From Candidatus Nitrospira inopinata (GTDB lineage: Bacteria; Nitrospirota; Nitrospiria; Nitrospirales; Nitrospiraceae), in contig NZ_LN885086.1 in NCBI RefSeq assembly GCF_001458695.1, positions 1,440,001-1,472,000 on the forward strand: a DNA stretch of 32,000 nucleotides. The letters are read 5' to 3'. The notes below the pieces were generated by a model. It did no database searches, was not told the origin of the DNA, and saw only the letters and a program-made list of their open reading frames with translations. Positions 7,139-17,234 of the stretch are shown here, piece after piece. The translations under genes and the position numbers were made by a program. Every line of letters begins with the position of its first letter. Position 1 is the stretch's first letter.

Positions 7139-9268
7139 ATGCGAACGACGCCGGAAGCAAAAAGCCGTAGAGCTCGGTCCCTCTTTGATCAAAAGATGGC
7201 CCGGCGGGCCTTCATAGACGCCTGTCGAAAACTGGATCCGCGCCACCAGATCAAGAATCCGGTCATGTTCGTGGTGTGGGTTGGAAGCGCCTTGTCGACC
7301 CTTCTGTTGTTGCAGGCAATGGTCGGAGCAGGGGAAGAACCGGCATGGTTCATTCTGGCCGTTGCCATCTGGCTTTGGTTCACCGTCCTGTTCGCAAACT
7401 TTTCGGAAGCCATGGCGGAGGGGCGAGGCAGAGCGCAGGCGGATTCATTGCGGCATGCGCGCCGAGACCTCACGGCCAAGAAGCTTGGCACGATCGCACC
7501 CGGGGGTGAGCACCGCCCCGTCGGGGCCGGCCGGTCCGAATACCGTGGAGCATTCAGCTTTGTGTCGGCGGATCATCTGAAAAAAGGAGACGTGGTTCTC
7601 GTGGAGGCGGGCGATTTCATCCCGGCCGACGGCGAGGTTATCGAGGGGATCGCATCCGTGGATGAGAGCGCCATCACCGGCGAGAGCGCACCGGTCATTC
7701 GCGAAAGCGGGGGCGATCGCAGCGCCGTCACGGGAGGGACCAGGGTCTTGTCCGACTGGCTCATCGTTCGTGTCACGGCGAGCCCGGGGGAAAGTTTCTT
7801 GGATCGGATGATCACCATGGTGGAGGGAGCCAAGCGTCAGAAAACGCCGAACGAAATCGCCCTGACCATTCTGCTCGCGGCGCTGACCGTTACCTTCTTG
7901 TTGACGACGGCGACGTTGTCGCCGTTCTCTTTGTACAGCGTGCGGGCCATGGGGCATGGCGCACCGGTCACTGTTACGGTGTCGGTGGCGCTGCTGGTTT
8001 GCCTTATTCCGACCACGATCGGGGCTCTTCTCCCGGCCATCGGCATTGCCGGCATGGATCGCATGGCACAGGCGAATGTCATTGCCATGTCGGGGAAAGC
8101 CATTGAAGCCGCCGGCGATGTGGACGTCTTGTTGCTGGATAAGACCGGAACCATCACGTTGGGTAACCGTCAGGCGACGGCCTTCCTTCCGGCAGAAGGA
8201 GTAGATGTCCAGGTGCTGGCCGACGCAGCCCAGCTCTCGTCGTTGGCGGACGAGACGCCGGAGGGCCGCAGCATCGTTGTCTTGGCCAAAGAGAAGTACG
8301 GATTACGAGCACGCGACATTTGCAAGCTGGGAGCCGTCTTTCTTCCCTTCACCGCCCAGACGCGGATGAGCGGAGTTGATCTTGCCGGACGGCAAATCCG
8401 CAAGGGATCGGCGGACGCCGTTGAGGCGTACGTCACGTCGCAGGGAGGAAGCTTTCCTCCGTTCGTTCGTCAGATCGTCGAGACGGTCGCCAAACAAGGC
8501 AAGACTCCGCTGGTGGTTGCAGAAAAGGCGAAGGTGCTCGGAGTCATTGCGTTGCAGGACATCGTGAAGGGCGGAATCAAGGAGCGGTTCGCCCAGTTAC
8601 GCCGGATGGGCATTAAGACGGTGATGATCACCGGCGACAATCCTCAGACGGCGGCGGCTGTGGCGGCGGAGGCCGGGGTTGATGATTTCATGGCGCAAGC
8701 CACGCCGGAGGCCAAGCTGAAGTTGATTCGCAATTTTCAAGCCGAAGGTCGTCTCGTGGCCATGACCGGGGACGGAACAAATGATGCGCCGGCCCTAGCG
8801 CAGGCCGACGTGGCGGTTGCCATGAATACGGGAACGCAGGCGGCCAAGGAGGCCGGAAACTTGGTCGATCTGGACTCAAATCCGACCAAGCTCATCGAAA
8901 TCGTGGAAATCGGCAAACAGTTGCTGATGACGAGGGGCGCACTCACCACCTTCAGTATCGCCAACGATGTCGCGAAATACTTCGCCATTATTCCCGCGGC
9001 CTTCGCCACGACCTATCCGGCTCTTCACGCGTTTAATGTGATGGGACTGGCGACTCCTCGGAGCGCGATCCTCTCCGCGGTCATTTTCAACGCGCTCGTT
9101 ATCATCGGCCTCATTCCGCTCTCTTTACGAGGGGTCACATATCGTCCGATCGGCGCAGGTCCTTTGTTACGACGTCACCTGTTGATCTACGGACTGGGCG
9201 GCCTGGTCGTGCCGTTCATCGGCATCAAGCTGATCGATTTGATTCTGGCCGCCTGGCATTTGACCTAA
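7139..9268 (+). CDS. kdpB: K+-transporting P-type ATPase subunit B
   Basis: Contains the DKTGTIT phosphorylation motif, [10 protein letters not shown], the [11 protein letters not shown] hinge, and a KdpB-type N-terminus ([20 protein letters not shown]). GGAGAGGAG lies upstream of the ATG. Confidence 0.97.
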   Translation: MRTTPEAKSRRARSLFDQKMARRAFIDACRKLDPRHQIKNPVMFVVWVGSALSTLLLLQAMVGAGEEPAWFILAVAIWLWFTVLFANFSEAMAEGRGRAQADSLRHARRDLTAKKLGTIAPGGEHRPVGAGRSEYRGAFSFVSADHLKKGDVVLVEAGDFIPADGEVIEGIASVDESAITGESAPVIRESGGDRSAVTGGTRVLSDWLIVRVTASPGESFLDRMITMVEGAKRQKTPNEIALTILLAALTVTFLLTTATLSPFSLYSVRAMGHGAPVTVTVSVALLVCLIPTTIGALLPAIGIAGMDRMAQANVIAMSGKAIEAAGDVDVLLLDKTGTITLGNRQATAFLPAEGVDVQVLADAAQLSSLADETPEGRSIVVLAKEKYGLRARDICKLGAVFLPFTAQTRMSGVDLAGRQIRKGSADAVEAYVTSQGGSFPPFVRQIVETVAKQGKTPLVVAEKAKVLGVIALQDIVKGGIKERFAQLRRMGIKTVMITGDNPQTAAAVAAEAGVDDFMAQATPEAKLKLIRNFQAEGRLVAMTGDGTNDAPALAQADVAVAMNTGTQAAKEAGNLVDLDSNPTKLIEIVEIGKQLLMTRGALTTFSIANDVAKYFAIIPAAFATTYPALHAFNVMGLATPRSAILSAVIFNALVIIGLIPLSLRGVTYRPIGAGPLLRRHLLIYGLGGLVVPFIGIKLIDLILAAWHLT

Positions 9269-9314
9269 CTAATTGGGGTGTGCGACGGATTGCCGGGAGA
9301 TTAGGAGAAAAACT

Positions 9315-9887
9315 ATGAAGGATCAATTAAGACCCGCCCTGACCATGCTGCTCCTTCTGACCGTGCTGACCGGCTTCGTCTATCCGTTGACGGTTACCGG
9401 CCTGGCCCACGTGTTTTTCCCGCATCAGGCGAACGGCAGTTTGATCGTGCGCGAGGGCAAGGTGATCGGATCCAAGCTGATCGGCCAGCATTTTGACAAA
9501 CCAGGGTATTTCTGGAGCCGCCCGTCGGCGACCTCGCCGTTTCCATACAACGCCGCCGCATCTGGCGGATCAAACCTCGGGCCGACCAACCCCGAGTTGA
9601 TCGAAACGGTTAACGTAAGGGTGGCCGCCCTACGAACCGCGGATCCGGGCAACGACTCGCCCATACCCGTCGATCTCGTGACCGCTTCCGGAAGCGGGCT
9701 CGATCCCCACATCAGCCTGGCCGCAGCGCTCTATCAAGCGAAGCGAGTGGCCCGCGCACGGGGCATGGACGAGAATACCGTGAGGGCGCTGATTGCCCGG
9801 CATACGGAAGGCCGCCTGTTCGGCATTCTGGGAGAGCCGCGCGTTAACGTGCTTGAGCTGAATTTGGCGCTCGACGAGGGGCGGTAG
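9315..9887 (+). CDS. kdpC: K+-transporting ATPase subunit C
   Basis: ATG 9315 has AGGAGA 6 nt upstream. One N-terminal TM helix is followed by a soluble domain with [10 protein letters not shown]. Confidence 0.93.
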   Translation: MKDQLRPALTMLLLLTVLTGFVYPLTVTGLAHVFFPHQANGSLIVREGKVIGSKLIGQHFDKPGYFWSRPSATSPFPYNAAASGGSNLGPTNPELIETVNVRVAALRTADPGNDSPIPVDLVTASGSGLDPHISLAAALYQAKRVARARGMDENTVRALIARHTEGRLFGILGEPRVNVLELNLALDEGR

Positions 9888-9951
9888 TTCATACAACCGA
9901 CTTCAGTTTCTTGTCTCCGCAGCGCGACGCTGGTGGATGTTTTTAACACCC

Positions 9952-9960
9952 TGTTAGAAT
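9952..9960 (+). promoter_or_regulatory. Possible extended -10 element (TGtTAGAAT) for kdpDE
   Basis: TGT-TAGAAT lies about 50 nt upstream of the kdpD ATG. There is no good -35, which is acceptable for extended -10 promoters. Confidence 0.25.
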
Positions 9961-10011
9961 CAGAGGGTGACTGACTCGGAAGCATTCGCCATCGGGCGGG
10001 GAACTGTCCGC

Positions 10012-12708
10012 ATGAACATGGAACGACCGGATCCCGACGCGCTGCTTAAGCGCGTGCAGGCGGAAGAAGCTCGCGGAACGGAGGGAAAATTCAAGATCTT
10101 TTTCGGCGCCAGCCCCGGCGTAGGGAAGACCTACGCCATGCTGGAAGCGGCGCATGAGCGGAGACGCGATGGCGCGGACGTCGTCATCGGTGTCGTCGAG
10201 ACGCATGGTCGGGCGGAGACCGAGGCGCTGGTCGGCGGGCTTGAGATTCTCCCGCGCCGCGCCGTCGATTATCGCGGAACAGCGCTCAAGGAATTCGACC
10301 TTGACGCGGCGCTCGCGCGTCGTCCCACCATCATTCTCATCGACGAGCTCGCCCACACCAACGCGCCTGGTCTGCGCCACGCCAAACGGTGGCAGGATGT
10401 GCAGGAGTTATTGAAGGCCGGCATCACGGTCTATACCACCATGAACGTGCAGCACCTGGAAAGTCTGAATGATGTGGTGGCGCAGATTACGGGCGTGCGT
10501 GTGCGGGAAACCGTCCCGGATTCGGTGATCGAGCGGGCGGACGATGTGGAGTTGATCGATCTTCCCCCGGACGATCTGCTCCAGCGACTCAGAGACGGCA
10601 AGGTCTATGTGCCTGAGCAGATTCAGCACGCCATTCACAATTTTTTCACCAAAGGGAATCTGATCGCGCTTCGAGAGCTTGCTCTTCGTCGCACGGCCGA
10701 GCGTGTGGACCAGCAAATGGAAAGCTACCGGCGGGATCATGCGGTGGTGCGAACTTGGCCGGCGGCCGAGACCATCATGGTCTGTGTGAACACGAAGCCG
10801 CGCGGTCTTCGTTTAATCAGGGCAGCCAGGCAGATGGCCGCCGACCTTCATGCCAAGTGGGTCGCGGTCTACGTGCAGATTCCCCGGCATCTTCGCCTGC
10901 CGCAGGCCGAACGGGACCGACTCGTCCAAACACTGCGGCTGGCGGAGCAGTTAGGAGCTGAAACCGTTACCCTCATCGGAGAGAACGTCGCCCAAGAGAT
11001 CTTGAGTTACGCTCGGAGCCGAAACGCCACCAAGATCATCGTCGGGAAACCCGTCCGGCCGGTCTGGAAGGAGTGGATCTTCGGATCCGTGGTGTCCGAT
11101 CTCGTCCATCAGAGCGGTGAGATCGATATCTATGTGATTACCGGAGAAGCGGGTGAAAGCCAACCGCTCGTTCGCCGCAGTTTTCGAAGAACCAGCGATG
11201 CCCGGGATTACGCTTACGCCGTCTTCGCGGTGCTCTGCGCGACCTCGGCCGCCTGGCTGATGTTTCCTTATTTCGCCGCTGCAAACCTGATCATGATGTA
11301 TCTCATCGCCGTCATCGCCATCGCCATTCGTTTCGGTCGAGGCCCGTCGGCGCTGACGTCGATCTTGAGCGTGGCGGCGTTCGACTTTTTCTTCGTGCCT
11401 CCGTTCTTCACGTTCGCGGTGTCCGATGCTCAATACCTTCTCACGTTCGGCGTGATGCTCGTGGTCGCGCTGGTCATCAGCAATCTGGCCGTACGCATTC
11501 GGCAACAGGCCGAACTGGCCCGTGATAAGGAGCATCGTACGAGCGTGTTGTATGCCATGAGTCGGGATCTCGCCACTCATCGAGGAACAGGGATGTTGGT
11601 TCAACTCGCGGCCAAGCATCTGCGGGATGTGTTTGATTCGCAGGTGGCCGTCTTCCTTGCGGATGCCGATAAACGGGTGCAGTTGCAACGGGGAGAATCC
11701 CTGTATTTTGAATTGGAGCCCAAAGAGGGAGGCGTGGCTCAATGGGTGTACGACCACAACGAGCGGGCCGGCCTCGGGACCGATACGCTTCCGGGATCCA
11801 GCGCGCTGTATTTGCCGTTGGTATGTTCAACGGGGCCGATCGGAGTCGTCGCCATCCGGCCGAAGGAGCCCTTGCTCCTGCTGGACCCTGAGCAGCTGCA
11901 TTTGCTGGAGTCCCTGGTGAACCAGGTGGCCTTGGCGCTCGAAAGAACTCGTTTGTCCGACGAAGCCCGGCAGGAGCACGTGAGAGCGGAAACGGAGCGC
12001 ATGCGAAATGCCATTCTCAGTTCGGTGTCGCACGACTTGCGAACTCCACTCGCTACTATTACCGGCGCCGCCAGCAGCCTGGTGGAAGGGCAAGGATCGC
12101 TCACGGTCGTCGATCGGCAGGACCTCGCTCGCTCGATCTATCGCGAGGCCGATCGACTTGACCGATTGCTCAAAAATCTTCTTGATATGATGCGGCTTGA
12201 AGCGGGAGCCGTGCAACTCAACAAACGGTGGCATTCTTTGGACGAAATCATCGGCGCGGCCTTGGCCAGAATGGAAGGGCGGCTGCGCGAGCATACCGTC
12301 AATACCTCCTTCCCTGTCGATCTGCCGACGGTGCTTGTCGACGGGGTGTTCCTGGAACAAGTGATCATCAATCTGGTGGAAAATGCCGTCAAGTACGCCC
12401 CTTCGGAAACTCCGATCGATCTGTCCGCATCATCGAACGGACGTGAGGTGGTCGTTGAAGTCGCGGATCGGGGGCCGGGGATTGCCGTCGGGGAAGAATC
12501 CCGCATCTTCGACAAATTTCATCGTGGCAAGTCGGCTCGGGAAGGAGGGGTGGGACTGGGATTGACGATTTGTCGCGGCATCGTTGAAGCGCACGGCGGA
12601 AGGATTTGGGCGGAGAACCGGACGGGAGGCGGCGCGCTCATTCGGTTTTCTATTCCATTGCTTGACCGGCATCAGGCTGTTGGCGGAAAACGGACGGAGA
12701 TTCAATAG
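10012..12708 (+). CDS. kdpD: Sensor histidine kinase KdpD
   Basis: Domain order: N-terminal KdpD domain (FFGASPGVGKTYAML), a Usp-like segment, about 4 TM helices, a GAF-like region, the H-box SHDLRTPL, and ATP-binding boxes (NLVENAVKY, DRGPGI, GLGLTICRGIVEAHGG). The start is ATG 10012 or 10018; the track's GTG 9967 is less likely. Confidence 0.95.
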   Translation: MNMERPDPDALLKRVQAEEARGTEGKFKIFFGASPGVGKTYAMLEAAHERRRDGADVVIGVVETHGRAETEALVGGLEILPRRAVDYRGTALKEFDLDAALARRPTIILIDELAHTNAPGLRHAKRWQDVQELLKAGITVYTTMNVQHLESLNDVVAQITGVRVRETVPDSVIERADDVELIDLPPDDLLQRLRDGKVYVPEQIQHAIHNFFTKGNLIALRELALRRTAERVDQQMESYRRDHAVVRTWPAAETIMVCVNTKPRGLRLIRAARQMAADLHAKWVAVYVQIPRHLRLPQAERDRLVQTLRLAEQLGAETVTLIGENVAQEILSYARSRNATKIIVGKPVRPVWKEWIFGSVVSDLVHQSGEIDIYVITGEAGESQPLVRRSFRRTSDARDYAYAVFAVLCATSAAWLMFPYFAAANLIMMYLIAVIAIAIRFGRGPSALTSILSVAAFDFFFVPPFFTFAVSDAQYLLTFGVMLVVALVISNLAVRIRQQAELARDKEHRTSVLYAMSRDLATHRGTGMLVQLAAKHLRDVFDSQVAVFLADADKRVQLQRGESLYFELEPKEGGVAQWVYDHNERAGLGTDTLPGSSALYLPLVCSTGPIGVVAIRPKEPLLLLDPEQLHLLESLVNQVALALERTRLSDEARQEHVRAETERMRNAILSSVSHDLRTPLATITGAASSLVEGQGSLTVVDRQDLARSIYREADRLDRLLKNLLDMMRLEAGAVQLNKRWHSLDEIIGAALARMEGRLREHTVNTSFPVDLPTVLVDGVFLEQVIINLVENAVKYAPSETPIDLSASSNGREVVVEVADRGPGIAVGEESRIFDKFHRGKSAREGGVGLGLTICRGIVEAHGGRIWAENRTGGGALIRFSIPLLDRHQAVGGKRTEIQ

Positions 12709-12754
12709 ACCGGCCGACTCCATTCGAAGGGCGGTATCCGATCTAGAAATTCTC

Positions 12755-13447
12755 ATGTCACAAGAAGCGACGATCCTCTTGATCGAAGACGAGCCGGAAA
12801 TCCGGCGATTTCTCAGGACGACGTTGCCTGCTCACGGATTTCGGCTTCACGAGGCCGCGACGGGACACGATGGTCTCGCTCAGGCCAAGGCGTGGAATCC
12901 CGATCTCATCCTGTTGGATCTCGGCCTTCCCGATCTCGACGGCATTGAGGTGATCCGTCAAGTGCGTGAGTGGAGCGCGACGCCCATCCTTGTGCTGTCC
13001 GCGCGCGACCAGGAACAGACGAAAGTGGCGGCGCTCGATTCCGGCGCCGATGATTATGTCACCAAGCCTTTCGGAATGAACGAACTTCTCGCCCGGCTAC
13101 GAACCGCTCTTCGGCATGCCACCCGAACAGGTGACGATGGCGAGTCGGTGTTTGTGCTCGGCGATCTCAAAGTGGATTTGGGGCAGCGGCAGGTGTTCGT
13201 CGCAGGAAAGGAAATTCATCTCACACCGATCGAATACAAGCTGCTGACCACGATGATCAGGTATGCCGGCAAAGTCCTGACTCACCGTCAACTTTTGAAA
13301 GAGGTCTGGGGCCCGCTCCATGTGGAGGAAGAACATTATCTACGGGTCTATATGCGGCAATTAAGAAACAAACTGGAGAAAACCCCCGCCCGTCCCCGCT
13401 ACCTTGTGACGGAACTGGGAGTCGGATATCGGCTCCGGACGGAATAG
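12755..13447 (+). CDS. kdpE: OmpR/PhoB-type response regulator KdpE
   Basis: The receiver domain shows LLIEDEPEIRRFL, DLILLDLGLPDLDG and VTKPF. The winged-helix output shows LTPIEYKLL and GVGYRL. ATG 12755 fits the family's N-terminus; the track ORF opens earlier, inside kdpD. Confidence 0.93.
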   Translation: MSQEATILLIEDEPEIRRFLRTTLPAHGFRLHEAATGHDGLAQAKAWNPDLILLDLGLPDLDGIEVIRQVREWSATPILVLSARDQEQTKVAALDSGADDYVTKPFGMNELLARLRTALRHATRTGDDGESVFVLGDLKVDLGQRQVFVAGKEIHLTPIEYKLLTTMIRYAGKVLTHRQLLKEVWGPLHVEEEHYLRVYMRQLRNKLEKTPARPRYLVTELGVGYRLRTE

Positions 13448-13601
13448 CCCGATTCATCCCTTCATGCCTTGCTCGCCCGCACGCCGTCGGTTTTTATCCC
13501 GCTTTGATGTCTGACGAAGTATAGTCTATGAGCAAGGTTTGGAAATCGAGCCCGTATCCAAGAAAGAAACGATGATGCGACTTTGCGTGGTACGTGCATC
13601 C

Positions 13602-14840
13602 ATGGTCTCTGCAGGGGGCGCGCATGATAGCCATGGATGGAGGAAATCCTTCATCGGCCTGCTGATCGCATGGAGGATCTTCTCACCAGCGGTTGAAGTA
13701 GAGGCGGAGAATTGTTGTCAAGAGCCACAAGAAAACACGGCAACGGCCTATGCTTCATCCGGTCCCAAGCACGAGGCCGCGAACGGTTGGCGCTATGGGG
13801 CCTATCTGGATGTGGCGGGCATTGCGAATTTCAACTTTCCCGACAACGATCGGTGGCGCAACCGCTCCACGGCCTCTCGGCATAACCAGCCCGCTCCCAA
13901 TATGGTATTGGCCTACGCGCGCAAAGAGGCGATCGCCTCGTCGCGATGGGGCATGGAGTTGGGCGTGCAGGGCGGCTATGACACGGTGGACTTCGCCTTT
14001 CTCCCAGGAGAAAAAAAGGTGGATGGAGCGGACGTGTTGCGGCACGTGCATCGGGCCAACGTGTCCTATCTCGCGCCGATGGGTAACGGTCTGCTTGTCA
14101 CGGTCGGATTGTTCGAGAGCCTGATGGGATACGAATCGCTCTATGCGAAGGACAACGCGAACTATACGCGAACGTGGACCGCCGATTATTCACCCTACAT
14201 GATGTTCGGTCTCAATGTGGTCTATCCGATCAACGACCGGTTGACCGTCTCGCCGTTTGTGATCAATCGATACGCCCACCTCTCCTACACGGTTGCGCAG
14301 CCGTCCTACGGTGTGAAATGGTCTTACCGCTTCATGCCGCACCTGACCGTCCGGCAGACTCTCTACTGGGGGCCGGATCAAACGGATGCGTCGCTGGAGT
14401 TTTGGCGGCTCTACGCCAATCACATTGTGGAGTGGAAGACCGACAAACTGATCGTGGCCTGGTCATACGATATCGGAACGGAGAACATCGCCCATCATCC
14501 TGGGAACCCTCGTGCCTTCGTCATGGGCGGCAATCTCACGGTACGGCGGCAGGTCACCGACGCATGGGCCGTGGCGGTACGCCCCGAGTTTTACTGGGAT
14601 CGCAACGGACGGTGGACCGGTTCCGAACAATTCGTGAAAGCCATCACCTCCACAGTGGAGTACAAATGGCCCTCTCCGTGGATCACGGCCGTCGCCAGGC
14701 TTGAACATCGCTACGACGAATCAACCGGCGTGGGCGGAGGATTTTTTAGAAATGGAGAAGTCGCTCCCGGTGTTCCCCGACTTGCCGCCGGGCAACATCT
14801 CCTTCTGTTCGGCCTGCTGCTGATGTTCGATTCGCCGTAA
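13602..14840 (+). CDS. Outer-membrane beta-barrel porin-like protein (BBP2/OmpL-like impression)
   Basis: The sequence has an alternating aromatic/polar beta-strand pattern, GLFESLMGYESLYAKDNANYTRTW, and many Y/W-x-Y strand ends. A signal-like segment is present (WRKSFIGLLIAWRIFSPAVEVEA). The start is uncertain: 13539, 13572 or 13602. Confidence 0.7.
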   Translation: MVSAGGAHDSHGWRKSFIGLLIAWRIFSPAVEVEAENCCQEPQENTATAYASSGPKHEAANGWRYGAYLDVAGIANFNFPDNDRWRNRSTASRHNQPAPNMVLAYARKEAIASSRWGMELGVQGGYDTVDFAFLPGEKKVDGADVLRHVHRANVSYLAPMGNGLLVTVGLFESLMGYESLYAKDNANYTRTWTADYSPYMMFGLNVVYPINDRLTVSPFVINRYAHLSYTVAQPSYGVKWSYRFMPHLTVRQTLYWGPDQTDASLEFWRLYANHIVEWKTDKLIVAWSYDIGTENIAHHPGNPRAFVMGGNLTVRRQVTDAWAVAVRPEFYWDRNGRWTGSEQFVKAITSTVEYKWPSPWITAVARLEHRYDESTGVGGGFFRNGEVAPGVPRLAAGQHLLLFGLLLMFDSP

Positions 14841-14963
14841 GGGATTGCGGGCGGGACCGTCGGTAGGAGCCGTCGAGATGGACGTCCAATCCCACCTTCA
14901 CCTTTGTTGAATTTAAGGTGAGCAAGCCCGTTGCAAGCGCGAATCGATTCGTGCGGAACCGTC

Positions 14964-15422
14964 TTACTCAACGACCGGCAGGATGCGATCGGCGATAGCC
15001 TGCACGATGCCTTCCGGATCGGTCACTCTCGTGAGGCCGCTCACACTCAGGTGGTAGCCGTGATGACCCGGCGCTTGGATGGTGGCGCTGACCTCGACTT
15101 GGTCGCCTTCTTCAACGTCCGGATCTCTGACGACCGGCATTCCGCAGAATCCCAACACGGCGACGGGGATGGCGGCGGTCTCATCTTCAAGCCGGAACAG
15201 GTACGCGCCGTAACAGATCGTCTCGTCCGGACGTTTGTACGGATCAAGAGGGACGACGTCCCGGACGGTGCCGCGCACGGTCACGTGGCGCAAATGATAG
15301 GCTTGCGGTTCTTCGAGAATCTGCCGGATGCTCGCGAGTTCGTCGGCCCACAGGGGGCAGAGCGGACCGGCCCCACAGAAGAACAGCAGGAAGAGAAAAA
15401 GCCGGCGATGAACGAGAGGCAT
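14964..15422 (-). CDS. Hypothetical secreted protein (possible OB-fold-like)
   Basis: 152 aa starting at ATG 15422, with a clear signal peptide (RRLFLFLLFFCGAGPLCPLWA). The mature part has a beta-rich pattern. I prefer it over the overlapping plus-strand ORF 14931-15458, which is Arg/Asp/Gly-rich with no motifs. Confidence 0.6.
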   Translation of the reverse strand: MPLVHRRLFLFLLFFCGAGPLCPLWADELASIRQILEEPQAYHLRHVTVRGTVRDVVPLDPYKRPDETICYGAYLFRLEDETAAIPVAVLGFCGMPVVRDPDVEEGDQVEVSATIQAPGHHGYHLSVSGLTRVTDPEGIVQAIADRILPVVE

Positions 15423-15488
15423 GGGGGATCCGCTTCAAATCACGCGCCGCCATTCTAGCATTCTTATCGTGAAAGGTCGTGTTCGCGC

Positions 15489-15517
15489 TTTTTCTATGTG
15501 CGGGGTCCGGCTATAAT
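15489..15517 (+). promoter_or_regulatory. Sigma-70-type promoter candidate for the M20 peptidase gene
   Basis: A perfect TATAAT lies at 15512-15517, 42 nt before the ATG. A weak -35 (tttttc) sits at 17-nt spacing. Confidence 0.4.
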
Positions 15518-15558
15518 CCGCCTCTCTGTGTGCATCTTGAAAGGGAGGACTTGTTGCG

Positions 15559-16965
15559 ATGGTCGATGAACGGACGATCGGGTCATTCGTCGATACGATT
15601 CGCCCCCGCTACGAGGATTTGTTGGCGCAGATGGTCCAGGTCCCATCGATCAGCATGGACCCCTCCCGCGCCGGCGACATGCGGCGGATGGCCGAGCTTG
15701 CCGCGAATTGTTTGACCGAGTTGGGAGCGGACGCGACCATCGTCGAGACGGAAGGATATCCCCTTGTATCCGGAGGCTGGACCTCGGGAGCGCAGTACCC
15801 AACCGTGACCATCTACAATCATCTGGATGTGCAACCGGCACAGGAGCCTGAGTGGAAGAGGGAACCGTTTGCGTTCAAGAAGGAAGACGGCATCTACCAC
15901 GGCCGGGGTTCCACGGACGACAAGGGACCGGCGCTTTCAGCCTTGTTCGGCGCATTATTCGCCGTCCAACAGGGGATGCCGGTCAATGTTCGATTTCTCT
16001 GGGAACTGGAGGAGGAGATCGGAAGCCCGCACTTTGCCGCGGGCCTGAAGAACCGGACGGCCGTTCCCCGTCCCGACTCGGTGGTGGTGTCCGACACGAT
16101 CTGGATTGCGAAAGGCCGGCCCGCCGTCCCCTATGGATTGCGGGGGTTGTTGGGGGCGCGATTGACCCTTCGCACTGGAAGCAAGGATGCCCATTCGGGA
16201 CTCACAGGAGGAGCGGCGCGCAATCCATTGGCCGAGTTGATGGAGGTGGTGCACGGCTGCGTGGATGCCAAAACCGGCAAGGTAAAGATTCCGGGCTTTT
16301 ACGACGATGTGGTTGAACCGACCAAAGAGGAACTTAAGAGTTTTCTCAGGTCGGGATTCCAGGTCAATCGGTTCAAGGCGGCCTATGGATTCCGGTCGAT
16401 TCGCACGGAAGATCCCGTCGAAGTCATGCGCCGGATTTGGGCCATGCCGACATTCGAGGTCCATGGTCTGAACGGCGGATACCAGGGGGCCGGGATCAAG
16501 ACCGTGGTTCCAAATCACGGTGAGTTGAAGATCAGTATGCGTCTGGTCCCGAACCAAGTTCCGGAAACCGTGTTTGCCCTTTTGAGGAAGCACGTGGCTC
16601 GGCTTAATCCGGATGTCAAGGTCGAGCGGGAAGGGGTTTTGCGGCCGTTCCATGGATCGTTCCAAGGACCCTATGTGGAAGCGATCAAGCGAGCTATGAA
16701 AAAGGGGTTTGGCAAGGAGCCGGCTTTTGTTCGGGAAGGGGGGTCGATTGGGGCAGTGGTCACCATGCAACAGGCGTGGCGCGTGCCGATTCTCTTCATG
16801 GGGTTAAGCTTGCCGGAGCATGGGTACCATGCGCCGAACGAGTATTTTGACTGGGGCCAAGCGTCAGGGGGCATGCAAGCCTTCGCCCATTACTTCTCGG
16901 AGCTGGCGAGGATGGGGAAAAACGGTTGGGAAGAAAGTCGGAGAAAAGAGAGCAGGAGTGGTTAA
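15559..16965 (+). CDS. M20 family metallopeptidase (dipeptidase / ArgE-DapE-CPG2 type)
   Basis: 468 aa with YNHLDVQP, GRGSTDDKGP and WELEEEIGSPHF metal/catalytic motifs. GGGAGGA lies 9 nt upstream of the ATG. Confidence 0.9.
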   Translation: MVDERTIGSFVDTIRPRYEDLLAQMVQVPSISMDPSRAGDMRRMAELAANCLTELGADATIVETEGYPLVSGGWTSGAQYPTVTIYNHLDVQPAQEPEWKREPFAFKKEDGIYHGRGSTDDKGPALSALFGALFAVQQGMPVNVRFLWELEEEIGSPHFAAGLKNRTAVPRPDSVVVSDTIWIAKGRPAVPYGLRGLLGARLTLRTGSKDAHSGLTGGAARNPLAELMEVVHGCVDAKTGKVKIPGFYDDVVEPTKEELKSFLRSGFQVNRFKAAYGFRSIRTEDPVEVMRRIWAMPTFEVHGLNGGYQGAGIKTVVPNHGELKISMRLVPNQVPETVFALLRKHVARLNPDVKVEREGVLRPFHGSFQGPYVEAIKRAMKKGFGKEPAFVREGGSIGAVVTMQQAWRVPILFMGLSLPEHGYHAPNEYFDWGQASGGMQAFAHYFSELARMGKNGWEESRRKESRSG

Positions 16966-17027
16966 AACACAAAAAAGAAAGGATTGTCCATTTTTTACCG
17001 GACTGTTCCAACTTGAAGGCGAAAACA

Positions 17028-17040
17028 GACAAATTTTGTC
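17028..17040. promoter_or_regulatory. Perfect 6-1-6 palindrome GACAAA-T-TTTGTC (possible activator/UAS site)
   Basis: The palindrome is read directly from the sequence. Its centre lies roughly 110 nt upstream of the start site predicted from the sigma-54-like element at 17121-17136. Confidence 0.3.
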
Positions 17041-17120
17041 GCCCAAGACGATTGGTGCAGATGGCAAGATTCTAACCGTTTGAAAAACAAATGTTTATAC
17101 AGGTTCCTCCTTTAGTCGAG

Positions 17121-17136
17121 AGGCACGGATGTTGCT
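17121..17136 (+). promoter_or_regulatory. Sigma-54 (-24/-12) promoter candidate upstream of cutA
   Basis: aGGCACGgatgTTGCt matches the consensus TGGCACG-n4-TTGCW. GG (17122-17123) and GC (17134-17135) are correctly spaced. It lies about 100 nt upstream of the cutA ATG. Confidence 0.45.
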
Positions 17137-17234
17137 CGTCTTTCGATAGGGAGGTAGGCACCTGGCAAGGGCTCGAATTGCCGCTCCGTCGAGCTGCCTG
17201 GGATCTACAGAAGAAAAAAGACGACCCCGCGAAG

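Noticed and set aside
14931-15458. 175-aa plus-strand ORF overlapping the secreted-protein gene
   Set aside because: The minus-strand ORF has a proper ATG and a classical signal peptide. The plus-strand product is charged and low-complexity with no start context. The call remains only moderately confident.
17160-17205. tRNA-like T-arm impression (gggctcgaattgcc) and small hairpins upstream of cutA
   Set aside because: The flanks do not form a 5-bp T stem, and no acceptor, D or anticodon arms can be drawn. These are probably just 5'-UTR structure.
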